The notes beneath the pieces are model-generated. The model ran no database searches. It saw only the letters and a program-made list of their open reading frames with translations, and was not told the DNA's origin. The translations under genes were made by a program, and so were the position numbers. A DNA stretch of 64,000 bases from Bacillota bacterium (lineage in GTDB: Bacteria; Bacillota; Halanaerobiia; Halanaerobiales; Halanaerobiaceae): contig JBNJGL010000006.1 in the NCBI GenBank assembly GCA_051747745.1, forward strand, positions 3,133 through 67,132. Direction: 5' to 3'. Positions within the stretch are counted from its first letter, which is position 1. The number at the start of each line of letters is the position of its first letter. Shown in pieces: positions 44,194 through 55,056 of the stretch.

Positions 44194-45405
44194 ATGTATG
44201 GACTGGTATTAGAAGGTGGAGGAGCAAAAGGAGCTTATCATGCTGGCGCTTTAAGGGCGATAAAAGAACTGGAGCTTGATATATCTGCTGTAGCAGGCAC
44301 TTCAATTGGAGCATTAAATGGAGCTATGTTTGTTCAGGATAAGGTTGAAGAAGTCTATCAGTACTGGTATAATATTTCTCCTGCACAGGTTTTTGATGTT
44401 GAAGAAAAATATGTGGCAGAATTAATGAATTTTTCTTTAAATCAGAAAAATCTTCTTTATTTAGTAAACAAGGCAAAAGAAGTTTTTCAAAATCGGGGTC
44501 TGGATACTTCTATAATGAAAAAAACATTATCGGATAATATAGATGAGGAGTTAATACGAAATTCAGATATAGAATTTGCAATAATTACTGTTTCTTTGAG
44601 TGATTTTAAACCTCTGGAGCTTTTTGTAGAAGATATTCCACATGGGAAAATTGGAGATTATATTCTGGCCAGTTCTTATCTGCCTGCATTCAAAATGCAG
44701 CGAATTGACGGTAAAATTTTAATTGACGGAGGTTTTTACGACAATCTTCCTATCAATACACTTGTAAAAAAGGGATACAAAAAAATAATTGCTATCAGAA
44801 CATATGGTATGGGAGATAATAATTATGAAGATAATAATTCGGATATTATTTATATCAATCCTTCTGAAAATTTAGGTAGAATGCTTAATTTTGACCAAAA
44901 AAATGCAAGAAAAAACATTAAAATGGGATATTATGATACAATGAAATATTTTAAGAATTTAAAAGGCAATAAGTTCTATATTTATCCACATGAAGATACT
45001 AAAGATTTTATTGATTTTATTTTAAATTTATCTGAAGATACTATTGAATTTATATCAGAGCAGTTTAAAGTTGTAGAGCAGCCAAAAGAAAGAATGTTAT
45101 TTGAATCACTGATTCCCAGAATAATTAACTTTTTAGATTTAGATTATCAGGCTGATTATGGAGATATGCTGATAAATCTCCTGGAAAACCTTGCTGTTAA
45201 AGCCGGGATTGATCGCTTTGAATTTTATAGTTTTAAAGATCTGCTAAAACTTGTTAGAGAAAAATACAATAGAAGTGAAAAACCAATTAGTGCGCGACTT
45301 CCACAATTTATAAAATCCAGCAATTTACTGCCTCAAAAAGTAAAAGAAGAAGTAATTACCGGTATTGCCGAAAAAATCTTTTTGAATGAAAGGAAGGTAA
45401 AGTAA
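44194..45405 (+). CDS. patatin-like phospholipase with ~200-aa C-terminal extension
   Basis: Oxyanion GGGAKG, nucleophile GTSIG (GxSxG) and Asp motif IDGGFYDN. Confidence 0.85.
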   Translation: MYGLVLEGGGAKGAYHAGALRAIKELELDISAVAGTSIGALNGAMFVQDKVEEVYQYWYNISPAQVFDVEEKYVAELMNFSLNQKNLLYLVNKAKEVFQNRGLDTSIMKKTLSDNIDEELIRNSDIEFAIITVSLSDFKPLELFVEDIPHGKIGDYILASSYLPAFKMQRIDGKILIDGGFYDNLPINTLVKKGYKKIIAIRTYGMGDNNYEDNNSDIIYINPSENLGRMLNFDQKNARKNIKMGYYDTMKYFKNLKGNKFYIYPHEDTKDFIDFILNLSEDTIEFISEQFKVVEQPKERMLFESLIPRIINFLDLDYQADYGDMLINLLENLAVKAGIDRFEFYSFKDLLKLVREKYNRSEKPISARLPQFIKSSNLLPQKVKEEVITGIAEKIFLNERKVK

Positions 45406-45408
45406 ATT

Positions 45409-45612
45409 ATGAGAAATAAAAAAGATTTAAAATCTGCTTCTGCTGAAGATATGATTATAAAGAATCTCCGCGAAAGATTGTCAGAGGATGCAAAGGAAGA
45501 TTTAGTTGAGCCTCAAAAAGATGAGGAATCCTGTGTTTTTTGCGGCAGTATTGATGATTTAATAGAGTTTAAAAATTCATATATATGCAGAAAATGTCTG
45601 GAGGATATTTAA
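45409..45612 (+). CDS. 67-aa protein with C-terminal ClpX-type C4 zinc-finger-like motif
   Basis: CVFCGS-x11-ICRKC resembles the ClpX N-terminal ZBD (CSFCG...YICxxC). It starts 3 nt after the patatin stop. Confidence 0.55.
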   Translation: MRNKKDLKSASAEDMIIKNLRERLSEDAKEDLVEPQKDEESCVFCGSIDDLIEFKNSYICRKCLEDI

Positions 45613-45778
45613 TATAAAGACATTGAAGATTTGCTGACCAAAAACTTTAAGATTCCTGTAATTCTTTTTTTGCAGCAATATAAATATAGGAAAAATACGG
45701 CTGAATTTAATATTGAGATGACAATAAAGATATGTTATAATTTGTATTAGTTAATCTTATATACAGGAGGTTTTTGTT

Positions 45779-46351
45779 GTGAAAGAAATTGATGCAAGAG
45801 GCTTGGATTGTCCTAAACCGGTGGTATTAACAAAAAATGCACTTGATGATCATAATAAAATAACAACTATTGTTGATAATGAAACAGCTGCCAAAAATGT
45901 TGCAAAACTGGCTAAAAAAATGAACTGCAGTTATTCGACTGTAAAAGAGTCAGAAGATTTTTTTAAAATTTTAATAACAGCTGAAGAAAACTCTGTTTCT
46001 AATAAAGAAAAAGATGATAACAGCAAGGTTTATTTAATTGGCTCTGAAAATATGGGTGAAGGAGAAGAAGAATTGGGTAAAATTTTAATGAAAGGTTTTT
46101 TAAGTACCCTTCTGGATATTAATCCCAGACCAGATAAGCTGCTGTTTATTAATTCTGCAGTAAAGCTTGTTTCAGTTTATCCTGAAACTATCTCAGTTTT
46201 AAAAGAATTAGAAGAAAAAGGGACAGATATTTTGGTCTGTGGTACATGTTTAAATTACTATGATTTATCAGATGAAATAAAGGTTGGAGAAATAAGTAAT
46301 ATGTATGAAATTGCTGATAATTTAAACCAAGGAAATGTTGTTACAATTTAA
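45779..46351 (+). CDS. yedF: YedF-type selenium metabolism protein (SirA/TusA-like N-domain plus DsrE-like C-domain)
   Basis: GLDCPKPV (CPxP) at the N-terminus and VCGTCLNYY in the C-domain. About 190 aa. Adjacent to selD. Confidence 0.75.
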   Translation: MKEIDARGLDCPKPVVLTKNALDDHNKITTIVDNETAAKNVAKLAKKMNCSYSTVKESEDFFKILITAEENSVSNKEKDDNSKVYLIGSENMGEGEEELGKILMKGFLSTLLDINPRPDKLLFINSAVKLVSVYPETISVLKELEEKGTDILVCGTCLNYYDLSDEIKVGEISNMYEIADNLNQGNVVTI

Positions 46352-46418
46352 TTAGGAATTATTTATAAAAATTTCTAAAATAAATTAATTTATTTAAGAA
46401 TAGGAAGTTGGTGTTAAA

Positions 46419-47456
46419 ATGGAAAAAATAAAATTAACTGATTACAGTAAAACTTCTGGTTGAGCAGCTAAAATGGGCCCTAGGGCTCTGGCGCAGGTTC
46501 TGCGTCACGTTAATTTTCCTGCTGATCCGGAAAAATTACTGATTGGTTTAGATAAAGCAGATGATGCTGCTGTTTATAGTTTAACTGAGGATATAGCCTT
46601 GATTCAAACCCTTGATTTTTTTACTCCAGTAGTCAATGATCCCTATCTATTTGGTCAGATTGCTGCTGCAAATGCTTTAAGTGATGTATATGCTATGGGT
46701 GGTCAGCCTATTTTAGCAATGAATATTGTTGGTTTTCCTTCCTGTTTAGAAGGGGAAATTCTTTCGCGTATTTTACAGGGTGGTGCTGATAAAGTAAGAG
46801 AAGCCGGTGCTAACTTATGTGGTGGTCATACTGTAGTAGATGAGGAGCCTAAATACGGACTATCTGTAACCGGGATTGTTCATCCGGATGATTTGCTTAG
46901 TAACTCAGAGATTAAAGAAGGTGACCTTATTCTTTTAACCAAACCACTTGGAACAGGTGTTATGATTTCTGCACTTAAAGGTGGTTTTATAGAAAATGCT
47001 GAAAATAATCCAGCAGTAAAATCAATGCTAACTTTAAATAATACTGCTTTAAAATATTTTAATCAGTATCAGATTAATGCCTGTACAGATGTAACTGGTT
47101 TTGGTCTGATTGGACATTTACTTGAAATGTCCGAAAACAGCAGTCTAGAGATTCAAATTGATGCAGCAGAAATTCCTCTTTTTGAAGAAGCAAAGGAATT
47201 TACCGAATTTGGTCTTTTACCAGCCGGTGCTTATAAAAATAGAGATAATTACGATGAATTTGTTGAAGAAAGTGGTGAAAGAGATCAGATACTTTATGAT
47301 TTAATGTATGATCCTCAAACTTCCGGAGGACTTTTAATTTCAATCAGTGAAGAAGATGCTTCAGATTTTCTGATTGATTTATATTCTGAGAATATTAATG
47401 CTGCAGTAATTGGTAAAGTGACTGATAGAGGAAAAGGAGTTGTACTGAAGTGGTAG
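46419..47456 (+). CDS. selD: selenophosphate synthetase, itself a selenoprotein (Sec at TGA 46461-46463)
   Basis: MEKIKLTDYSKTSG-U-AAKMGP... is in frame with track ORF 46473..47456. It has AIR-synthase-like PurM-fold motifs. Confidence 0.9.
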
Positions 47457-47719
47457 AAGAAAGTAAATATTACCTTTTGGTATTTCAGTCCACACATCAC
47501 TCCATAAAAGCAGAAAAAATTTTTTCTGCCGAAAATATTTCTTATAGAATTGTTCCTGTTCCACCCGAGATAACTGCTGACTGTGGTTCAGCAGTTAGAT
47601 TTGATGAAAAATTAGATGATATTTTACAGCTAATCAAAAAAAATAATATAATAACTGCAGGAGTTTATGAAGTTATCGCAGAAAATAAAAATAAGAGATA
47701 TAATAAAATTAAATCTTAA
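47450..47719 (+). CDS. DUF3343-like small protein (putative S/Se carrier)
   Basis: YYLLVFQSTHHSIKAEK...VPVPPEITADCGSAVRF is typical of the family that co-occurs with selD/yedF. Its GTG start overlaps the selD stop. Confidence 0.65.
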   Translation: MVEESKYYLLVFQSTHHSIKAEKIFSAENISYRIVPVPPEITADCGSAVRFDEKLDDILQLIKKNNIITAGVYEVIAENKNKRYNKIKS

Positions 47720-47733
47720 AAGGGGTCTAGAAT

Positions 47734-48348
47734 ATGCAGACATTTTTGATCGGTATTGCAGGAGGAACAGCTTCAGGTAAAACCACTCTCGCTGAGATAC
47801 TAAAAAAATATTTTCAGGATGATGTGATAATATTAAAACATGATTATTATTATCATGATAGAAGTTATTTTGATGTTCCAGATGATAAAATTAACTTTGA
47901 TCATCCAGATGCTTTTGAGACTGAACTTCTTGTAGATCATTTAAAATTACTGCAGAAAAATAAGAGTATCCAAAGACCTGTGTATTCTTACAGGACAAAT
48001 AAAAGACTTTCGGAAACAAAAACTATCCAACCTGCTCCAATTATTATCGTAGAAGGTATACTGATATTTCATTATAAGATTTTGCGAGAAATTTTTGATT
48101 TAAAAATTTATGTAGATACAGATGCGGATATACGTCTGCTGCGCAGAATAACTAGAGATATTAGAGAAAGAAATAGAACTTTTGAATCAGTTAAAAAACA
48201 GTATTTAAGAACTGTAAAACCGATGCATCAAAAATTTGTTGAACCAAGCAAATATTCTGCTGATATTATTATACCTCATGGAGGATTAAATGAAATAGCA
48301 AATGATTTAATAATAAAAAAGATAAAAGATCATTTATTAACAGGATAA
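47734..48348 (+). CDS. udk: uridine kinase
   Basis: P-loop GIAGGTASGKTT, DHPDAFE, and about 204 aa. Confidence 0.88.
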   Translation: MQTFLIGIAGGTASGKTTLAEILKKYFQDDVIILKHDYYYHDRSYFDVPDDKINFDHPDAFETELLVDHLKLLQKNKSIQRPVYSYRTNKRLSETKTIQPAPIIIVEGILIFHYKILREIFDLKIYVDTDADIRLLRRITRDIRERNRTFESVKKQYLRTVKPMHQKFVEPSKYSADIIIPHGGLNEIANDLIIKKIKDHLLTG

Positions 48349-48356
48349 TTATATTT

Positions 48357-48387
48357 TATACCGGTTTTCAAGCCGGTATATTTTTTT
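48357..48387 (+). terminator. terminator after udk
   Basis: TATACCGG-TTTTCAAG-CCGGTATA followed by TTTTTTT. Confidence 0.75.
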
Positions 48388-48457
48388 GTAATAAATTTAC
48401 ATAATTTTACAGGAATTTTAAAATTTACCTTGAAATATATAAGAGGGAGGTGTTCTT

Positions 48458-49060
48458 ATGACGAAAAAGATAAAAATGATTGGGACATTTATTATGATTA
48501 TATTCCTGGCAGGGGCATATTATCTGGATGGTGCCGGCAGTGATGTAAATAAAGTAAAAATACAGGACAACTCTAATCTAAAGTTAGAAAGCAGTTCTGC
48601 TGTAGAAGAAGAAAGTGAAAAGATAATTATATATATTACTGGTGAAATAAAAAATCCTGGGGTTTATCAAATAGCCCCAGATGATAGGCTGATTACGGCA
48701 GTAGAATTAGCAGGTGGATTCACTGAAAATGCGGATAAAGAAAAAATAAATCTTGCTTCACCACTTATTGATGGAGAAAAAATTGAAATTCCCAGAAAAA
48801 AATCACAAAGGGAGATAGAGTTTATTGAACAACTAAAACAATCAGAAAGCAAAGATTCTTCCGGCAGTAAAATTAATATTAACAGAGCAGAGCAAAAAGA
48901 TTTAGAGAAGATAACAGGTATCGGTCCAGGAAAAGCTAAAAATATAATTGATTATAGAAAGAATAATGGATACTTTTCTTCTCTGGATGAATTAATTGAT
49001 GTGAGTGGAATAGGAGAAAAAACTTTAGAGAAAATGAAGGACGAAATTTCATTAAGATGA
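48458..49060 (+). CDS. comEA: competence protein ComEA (SLBB plus helix-hairpin-helix DNA receptor)
   Basis: N-terminal TM segment. HhH motifs ITGIGPGKAKNII and VSGIGEKTLEKM. Confidence 0.85.
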   Translation: MTKKIKMIGTFIMIIFLAGAYYLDGAGSDVNKVKIQDNSNLKLESSSAVEEESEKIIIYITGEIKNPGVYQIAPDDRLITAVELAGGFTENADKEKINLASPLIDGEKIEIPRKKSQREIEFIEQLKQSESKDSSGSKININRAEQKDLEKITGIGPGKAKNIIDYRKNNGYFSSLDELIDVSGIGEKTLEKMKDEISLR

Positions 49061-51369
49061 ACAGAAGACCCTGTTTTTATTCAAGTATTGCTCTGCTGCT
49101 TGGAATTTTGCTGGCCAGATTATATTTGGAATTATTTGCTGATATAAAAGTCATGTTTATATTTTTTTTGATATTTTTACTTTTTTACTCTGCTGCAGAT
49201 GATACAAAAATTTTCAACAAAAACCAGACAAAAATTATTTTTATATTTTTCTTGATTGGATTTAGCCTGTTTATTTTTGAAGATTATAAATATACCGGCA
49301 GTGATTCAATAGTAAGTTATGCAGATAACAGGAGTCATTCTGTTTTGGCAGCTGTAAAAATACCAGTTTCTGATCTGGAAGGAAACTTTTATTATCTAAA
49401 ACCAAAATCAATAGATGGTCAAATAGTGAAATATGGTTTAATTAAAGCCCCCAAAAAAGGTCTGATAGAATTTGACCATAATGATATAATTCATTTTAAA
49501 GCAGAATTATCTCTAATAGAAAAACAGAAAAATCCCGGCGGATTTTCTTACCACAAATATATGAAAAGAAAAGGAGTTTATTTAGAGACATGGGAACTAA
49601 AAGATGTTAAATTTTTAAAAGATAGATTCTCTTTTCTTAAAATTATCATTAATTTCAAAAGAAAATTAATAAAAATTATAAAAAAACTGTTTCCTAAAAA
49701 TAAATTTTCTTTTTTATTGGCTATTATGTTGGGAGAAAAAGCACACCTCAGTTTTGCGCAAAAAGAGCTGCTGCAGTCAACCGGAGCAGGTCATCTTCTG
49801 GCAATTTCAGGTCTTCATATAGGTATTATTATATTATTTTTAACCAGAATATGTTTTTCGATATTTTCTAATAAAAGAAATTCTCTTTATTTTATTACCT
49901 CTTTTTCTATTATTTATATTATTGTTACCGGTAGTAGTGTTTCGGTAATTAGAGCTTCTGTTCTGGCTCTTCTTTATTTATGGGCAGATGAGTTCAACAG
50001 AGAGGGAGATTTTCTAAATTTACTTGGAATTACACTTATAATAAATCTGCTGATCAACCCGGCTGCTCTCTTTACAGTCAGCTTACAGCTTTCTTATACA
50101 CTTGTTACAGCTCTTGTTATTTTAAGTAAATTTTTAAGTGTTTTCAATGCTGCAGCAGCAGTAAAGGCATCAGCTGCTGCTCAGTTGGCTTCTTTTCCGA
50201 TCACGGCATTTTATTTTAATAAATATCATTACATTGCTTTTTTAACAAATATATGGGTTATCCCTTTTATTGGACTGCTGCTTCCAATATCATTTTTTTT
50301 AATGACTATATCATTTTTCTCATTTACTGCTGCTAAAATTTTAGTTCCACCGGTAAACCTGGGTATAGATCTGCTGTTTTTTCTATTAAAGATAATGAAT
50401 GCATTGCAGAAAAAAGAGCTGATCATTGCTCAACCTGATTTTTGGAAAATAATAATGTACTATCTCGTCCTATTTTTGCTTCCATATATATATAGAAAAA
50501 GAATAATACCGTTAAATAGGAAGAAATTTAATAGAGCAAAACTAATTATGCCTTTAATATTTGTTATTTTTTTGCTTTCTTTTTTTATCAATCCTGATTT
50601 TGATAAAAATTTAGAAGTGGTTTTTTTATCAGTTGGACAGGGAGATGGTATTTTTATAGAATTTCCGGAAGGGAAAAATATGTTGGTTGATACAGGTCCA
50701 CCTGGCAGTAATGGGAGAAATGCTAATTATAATATTATTCCTTTTTTAAACTACAGAGGTATAGATAAAATTGATTTTTTGTTAATAACCCATTTTGATT
50801 CAGATCATGCAGGAAGTGCAGAATTTATAATCGATAGAAAGAAAATAGGAGCTGTTTTAATTCCTGAACCATTAAAAAATAATCAGTATTATAATTTAAT
50901 TAAGCAGAAGCACAGCAAAATTTTAGAAGTAAGTGAGACTAATTCTCTTCAAATTGGGCAGGTGAATTTAAATTTTTTGAATCCACCTGCTGAAACTGAA
51001 GCAGCCGACAAAAATGATAATTCTGTAGTTTTTCTCCTCCAGTATGGTAGAACAAAAATGCTTTTTACCGGTGACCTGTCTGTAGAAGGAGAACGAAGAT
51101 TAATTAAAAAATATAAAATTGGTAAAATAAATATTTTGAAAGCCGGACATCACGGTAGTAAGACTTCTACATCTGCTGAACTGCTTGATACTATGGCACC
51201 GGATCTTGCTGTTATTTCAGTCGGAAGAAATAATTATGGTCATCCATCTGATGAAGTTATAAAAAAATTACAGGAAAGAAATATTCGCTATGTGAGAACT
51301 GATAGAGATGGAGCAGTTATTTTGGAGTCAGATATAAATAATATAAATTTAAGAACTTTTAATAAATAA
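49057..51369 (+). CDS. comEC: DNA internalisation competence protein ComEC/Rec2
   Basis: Polytopic competence domain plus a C-terminal metallo-beta-lactamase domain (THFDSDHAG, AGHHGS). Confidence 0.88.
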   Translation: MNRRPCFYSSIALLLGILLARLYLELFADIKVMFIFFLIFLLFYSAADDTKIFNKNQTKIIFIFFLIGFSLFIFEDYKYTGSDSIVSYADNRSHSVLAAVKIPVSDLEGNFYYLKPKSIDGQIVKYGLIKAPKKGLIEFDHNDIIHFKAELSLIEKQKNPGGFSYHKYMKRKGVYLETWELKDVKFLKDRFSFLKIIINFKRKLIKIIKKLFPKNKFSFLLAIMLGEKAHLSFAQKELLQSTGAGHLLAISGLHIGIIILFLTRICFSIFSNKRNSLYFITSFSIIYIIVTGSSVSVIRASVLALLYLWADEFNREGDFLNLLGITLIINLLINPAALFTVSLQLSYTLVTALVILSKFLSVFNAAAAVKASAAAQLASFPITAFYFNKYHYIAFLTNIWVIPFIGLLLPISFFLMTISFFSFTAAKILVPPVNLGIDLLFFLLKIMNALQKKELIIAQPDFWKIIMYYLVLFLLPYIYRKRIIPLNRKKFNRAKLIMPLIFVIFLLSFFINPDFDKNLEVVFLSVGQGDGIFIEFPEGKNMLVDTGPPGSNGRNANYNIIPFLNYRGIDKIDFLLITHFDSDHAGSAEFIIDRKKIGAVLIPEPLKNNQYYNLIKQKHSKILEVSETNSLQIGQVNLNFLNPPAETEAADKNDNSVVFLLQYGRTKMLFTGDLSVEGERRLIKKYKIGKINILKAGHHGSKTSTSAELLDTMAPDLAVISVGRNNYGHPSDEVIKKLQERNIRYVRTDRDGAVILESDINNINLRTFNK

Positions 51370-51567
51370 TTTAAACGAAATTTCTATTTAATCTTTTCTT
51401 TATTCAAATTTAAAAATAAAAAATCAAAAAAATACTTAAGCTGTAATTTGTTAGTTAAAATGTTAATATTATAGATCTGCAAATTTTATAATCACTATAA
51501 ATATTGAAGTGGATATGATAAAATAATAATTAACATCAAAAATTTAAATATTCAGGAGTTGGTATTT

Positions 51568-52575
51568 TTGCAGAGTTCCAGTTATTTTAAAGACAGCGAA
51601 AAATTAAAAAAAATATATTATGTAGAAAGTGAAGATGATTTTTTGCGCGATGAATTTAAAAATGAATTTATCAATAAATTTATACCCGAAGAGATAAGAG
51701 GATTTAATCTTTCCTATGTTAGAAGTGGAGAAAGATATATTGCAAGACTTAAAAATACTTTAAATACACCTCCGGCTGGATCAGAAAGAAGATTTGTAAT
51801 AAGTGAATTTGATGATGGATTTGATTTTAATAAAGAAGAAAAGGAAAAATTAGGAGAAATTATATCTATAATACCTGAAAGTAGTGTATTTTTACTTTTA
51901 AATTCAGATTCGATTGACAAAAGGAAAAAATTATATAAAAAAATAAAAAAATCAGGCAGCTATTATAACTTACAGACCCCTAAATACAGAGAATTGGACC
52001 GCTGGATAAAAGAACAGTTTAAAGCAAATAATAAAACAATAGACAGTCAGGCTGTTAAAATACTTGAAGATATGTTTAATAATCAGCTGGACATTCTAAA
52101 AAGTGAAATTGAAAAGATAATTACCAGATTCCCGGAAAGACAAAAGATAAAATTTAGTGATGTTAGAGAGATTATCAGCAGAGATCGCTTAATAGAAGAT
52201 AGAGAAATCTTTAGTTTTTTAGATCTTATTGGAGAGAAAAGAACATCTGAGGCACTGATAAGTCTGAAGGATATGATTAACAAAGGTGCTTATCCACTCT
52301 ATCTTTTGACAATGCTGGCCAATCATATACGTCTTCTTATGGAGGTCAAATTTTACAGCAGATATACATCGAATCATAAAAAAATAGCAGAAAAATTGAG
52401 TAAACATCCTTATCCGGTAAAAAAAGCCCTGCAGAGAAGCAAAAATTTTACACAGCATGAATTAGAAAATATTCTGGAAGAAGTTCTTCAGGCAAATTAT
52501 AATTTTGTAACAGGATACTATCCAGATCAAAATATGGCACTGGAAATGATAGTTATGAAAGCAGTCAGCCTATAA
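51568..52575 (+). CDS. holA: DNA polymerase III delta subunit
   Basis: Its size and its comEC-holA-rpsT synteny support the call. I placed the start at TTG 51568, 9 nt after AGGAG (the track start at 51559 abuts the SD). Confidence 0.7.
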   Translation: MQSSSYFKDSEKLKKIYYVESEDDFLRDEFKNEFINKFIPEEIRGFNLSYVRSGERYIARLKNTLNTPPAGSERRFVISEFDDGFDFNKEEKEKLGEIISIIPESSVFLLLNSDSIDKRKKLYKKIKKSGSYYNLQTPKYRELDRWIKEQFKANNKTIDSQAVKILEDMFNNQLDILKSEIEKIITRFPERQKIKFSDVREIISRDRLIEDREIFSFLDLIGEKRTSEALISLKDMINKGAYPLYLLTMLANHIRLLMEVKFYSRYTSNHKKIAEKLSKHPYPVKKALQRSKNFTQHELENILEEVLQANYNFVTGYYPDQNMALEMIVMKAVSL

Positions 52576-52580
52576 CAAAA

Positions 52581-52604
52581 AAACTCATCCATCTGGATGA
52601 GTTT
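52581..52604. terminator. bidirectional terminator between holA and rpsT
   Basis: AAACTCATCCA-TC-TGGATGAGTTT, flanked by A- and T-runs. Confidence 0.7.
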
Positions 52605-52647
52605 GAAAGTTTTATTTAAAAATATAATTATATTTTTAACTTAAAAG

Positions 52648-52908
52648 TTACATATTATTGTACATTTTAGTGAGGCGAGATTTTTTTCTGGCTGCATTAT
52701 TTTTATGAATGATATTCCTGGTGGCAGCCTTATCGATGACCTTTGTAGTCTCTCTCAACTGTTCTGCTGCAGCTTCTTTATCTCCATTTTCCACTGCTTT
52801 TTCAAAAGCTTTAATAGAATCTTTAAGCTTGTTTTTCCACTCGCGATTTAGAGCTGTTTTCTTTTCTGTAACCTTAACTCTCTTTTTAGCAGACTTAATA
52901 ATAGGCAT
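52648..52908 (-). CDS. rpsT: 30S ribosomal protein S20
   Basis: 86 aa beginning MPIIKSAKKRVKV..., typical of S20. Confidence 0.93.
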   Translation of the reverse strand: MPIIKSAKKRVKVTEKKTALNREWKNKLKDSIKAFEKAVENGDKEAAAEQLRETTKVIDKAATRNIIHKNNAARKKSRLTKMYNNM

Positions 52909-52968
52909 CTAAATTCACCCCCTCGTAAATTCGAATATTTATTTAGTCATTTAATTTGCAACATTTCA

Positions 52969-52997
52969 ATTTTACCATGTGCCGGTATAAAATGCAA
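52969..52997 (-). promoter_or_regulatory. rpsT promoter (minus strand)
   Basis: On the minus strand: TTGCAT, a 17-nt spacer ending in TGG, then TAAAAT. Confidence 0.5.
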
Positions 52998-53268
52998 GCC
53001 AATAATTTTAAAAAAGGGATTCTTTATAATTATTTTTTTAAAAAACGTAAAAATCGGAAAAACCGCCCACTAATACTATTGTTTTTAATTTAAGTATATT
53101 TTGATACTAAACTTCTTCAAACTCACCTGGTAACATATTGCTGTTTTAGTATATGTAAAGTAATGAGAAGCTTCCGCTGTTGGTTTTGAAGGTGATTTAC
53201 CAACTTGAATAAAGATATCACCGGTGTTATAATATGGGCAGAATTAAGGTATTTAAGGAGGTAATTTT

Positions 53269-55056
53269 TTGCAGACGGAGAAGATAAGAAATTTCTGTAT
53301 AATTGCGCATATTGATCATGGAAAATCTACACTTGCAGACCGTATGTTAGAATATACTAATACTATAACAGATAGAAAAATGAAAGAACAGGTACTGGAT
53401 AAAATGGATCTTGAGCGAGAAAGAGGAATTACCATTAAAGCTCAGGCTGTTACAATTGATTATAAGGGTTATGAATTAAATTTAATAGATACACCAGGAC
53501 ATGTTGATTTTGCTTATGAGGTATCCCGCAGTCTGGCGGCATGTGAAGGTGCAGTGCTGGTTATTGATGCTGCACAGGGAGTTGAAGCCCAGACTATGGC
53601 CAATATTTATCTTGCTCTTGAGCATGATTTAGAAATTATTCCTGTAATTAATAAAATTGATCTTCCCAGTGCTGATCCGGACCGTGTAAAAGAACAGCTG
53701 GTTGATATTGGTATAGATCCGGATGAAGCTATACTGGCCAGTGCAAAAGAAGGAACAAACATTGATTTAATTCTGGATGCAGTAATAGACAGGGTTCCTG
53801 CACCTTATAAAGGAAATGAAGAACCACTGAGAGCTCTTGTATTTGATTCTTTTTACGATTCATATCAGGGAGTAATTGCTTATATAAGAATAAAAGAAGG
53901 ATCTGTCAAAAAAGGCGATAAAATAATGATGATGTCAAATAAAAAAACATATGAAGTAGATGAAGTAGGGTATTTTGCACCTGATATGACAGAACGCGAT
54001 GAATTGAGCTGTGGAGAAGTTGGGTATATTATTTCTGGAATTAAAGATGTAAAAAACTGCCGTGTTGGTGATACTATTACTAATAAAAATAAGCCTGCAT
54101 CAGAACCACTGCCGGGATATAAGAAAGTTAAACCGATGGTTTTTAGTGGTCTTTATCCTTCTGATAATGCTGATTATGAGGTATTAAAGGAAGCTTTAGA
54201 AAAACTGCAGTTAAATGATGCTTCTTTTACTTTTGAGCCTGAAACATCAGAGGCACTTGGATTTGGATTTCGATGTGGTTTTTTGGGACTTCTGCATATG
54301 GAAGTTATACAGGAACGTCTGGAAAGAGAATATGATCTTGATCTTGTTATTACTGCACCAAGTGTTGAGTATAAAATAATAAAAAACAATGGTGAAGAAA
54401 TAAAAATAGAAAACCCAGCACTTTTCCCGGAACCTGGTGATATAGATACAATAATGGAACCATTTGTAGATGCAGAAATTCATATGCCGGAAGAATATGT
54501 CGGTCAGGCAATGGAACTCTGCCAGGATAATAGAGGTCAATTTATGGATATGCGTTATATTGATCAGGACCGAGTTGCACTTAAATATGAAATGCCGCTG
54601 AGTGAGATTATTACAGATTTTTTTAATATGCTTAAATCTAAAACCAGAGGTTATGCAACTTTAGATTATGAATTAAAGGGGTATAGAGAATCTGATCTAG
54701 TGAAGCTGGATATACTGGTAAATAATGAAATTGTTGATGCACTATCAACAATTGTCCATGATGAAAATTCCTATCATGTTGGAAATAATCTTACCAGAAA
54801 ACTCAAAAAAGTTATTCCAAAGCATATGTTTAAAATTCCTGTTCAGGCAGCTGTTGGCGGGAAAATTATTGCTCGGGTTAATATTCCTGCTCTCAGGAAA
54901 AATGTGCTTCAGAAGTGTTATGGTGGAGATGTGAGCAGAAAAAGAAAATTGCTGGAAAAACAAAAAGAAGGAAAGAAAAGAATGAAACAGGTAGGAAGTG
55001 TAGAGATTCCTCAGGAGGCATTTATGACTGTACTGGAGCGGAATGATGCAGATTAG
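53269..55056 (+). CDS. lepA: elongation factor 4 (LepA)
   Basis: [18 protein letters not shown], and the LepA C-terminal domain. TTG start follows AAGGAGG. Confidence 0.95.
   Translation: MQTEKIRNFCIIAHIDHGKSTLADRMLEYTNTITDRKMKEQVLDKMDLERERGITIKAQAVTIDYKGYELNLIDTPGHVDFAYEVSRSLAACEGAVLVIDAAQGVEAQTMANIYLALEHDLEIIPVINKIDLPSADPDRVKEQLVDIGIDPDEAILASAKEGTNIDLILDAVIDRVPAPYKGNEEPLRALVFDSFYDSYQGVIAYIRIKEGSVKKGDKIMMMSNKKTYEVDEVGYFAPDMTERDELSCGEVGYIISGIKDVKNCRVGDTITNKNKPASEPLPGYKKVKPMVFSGLYPSDNADYEVLKEALEKLQLNDASFTFEPETSEALGFGFRCGFLGLLHMEVIQERLEREYDLDLVITAPSVEYKIIKNNGEEIKIENPALFPEPGDIDTIMEPFVDAEIHMPEEYVGQAMELCQDNRGQFMDMRYIDQDRVALKYEMPLSEIITDFFNMLKSKTRGYATLDYELKGYRESDLVKLDILVNNEIVDALSTIVHDENSYHVGNNLTRKLKKVIPKHMFKIPVQAAVGGKIIARVNIPALRKNVLQKCYGGDVSRKRKLLEKQKEGKKRMKQVGSVEIPQEAFMTVLERNDAD

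Noticed and set aside
39195-45612. The SbcCD-like pair plus the patatin lipase considered as an anti-phage defence island.
   Set aside because: There are no integrase, transposase or other defence hallmarks. The genes are separated by a housekeeping-type glycosyltransferase on the other strand, and the flanks are core metabolic genes. Without a search this cannot be fully excluded, so it is kept only as low-interest separate notes.
53100-53160. An 8-bp inverted repeat (ATACTAAA...TTTAGTAT) in the rpsT-lepA intergenic region.
   Set aside because: The stem is short and AT-only with a loop of about 35 nt. That is expected by chance in AT-rich intergenic DNA.
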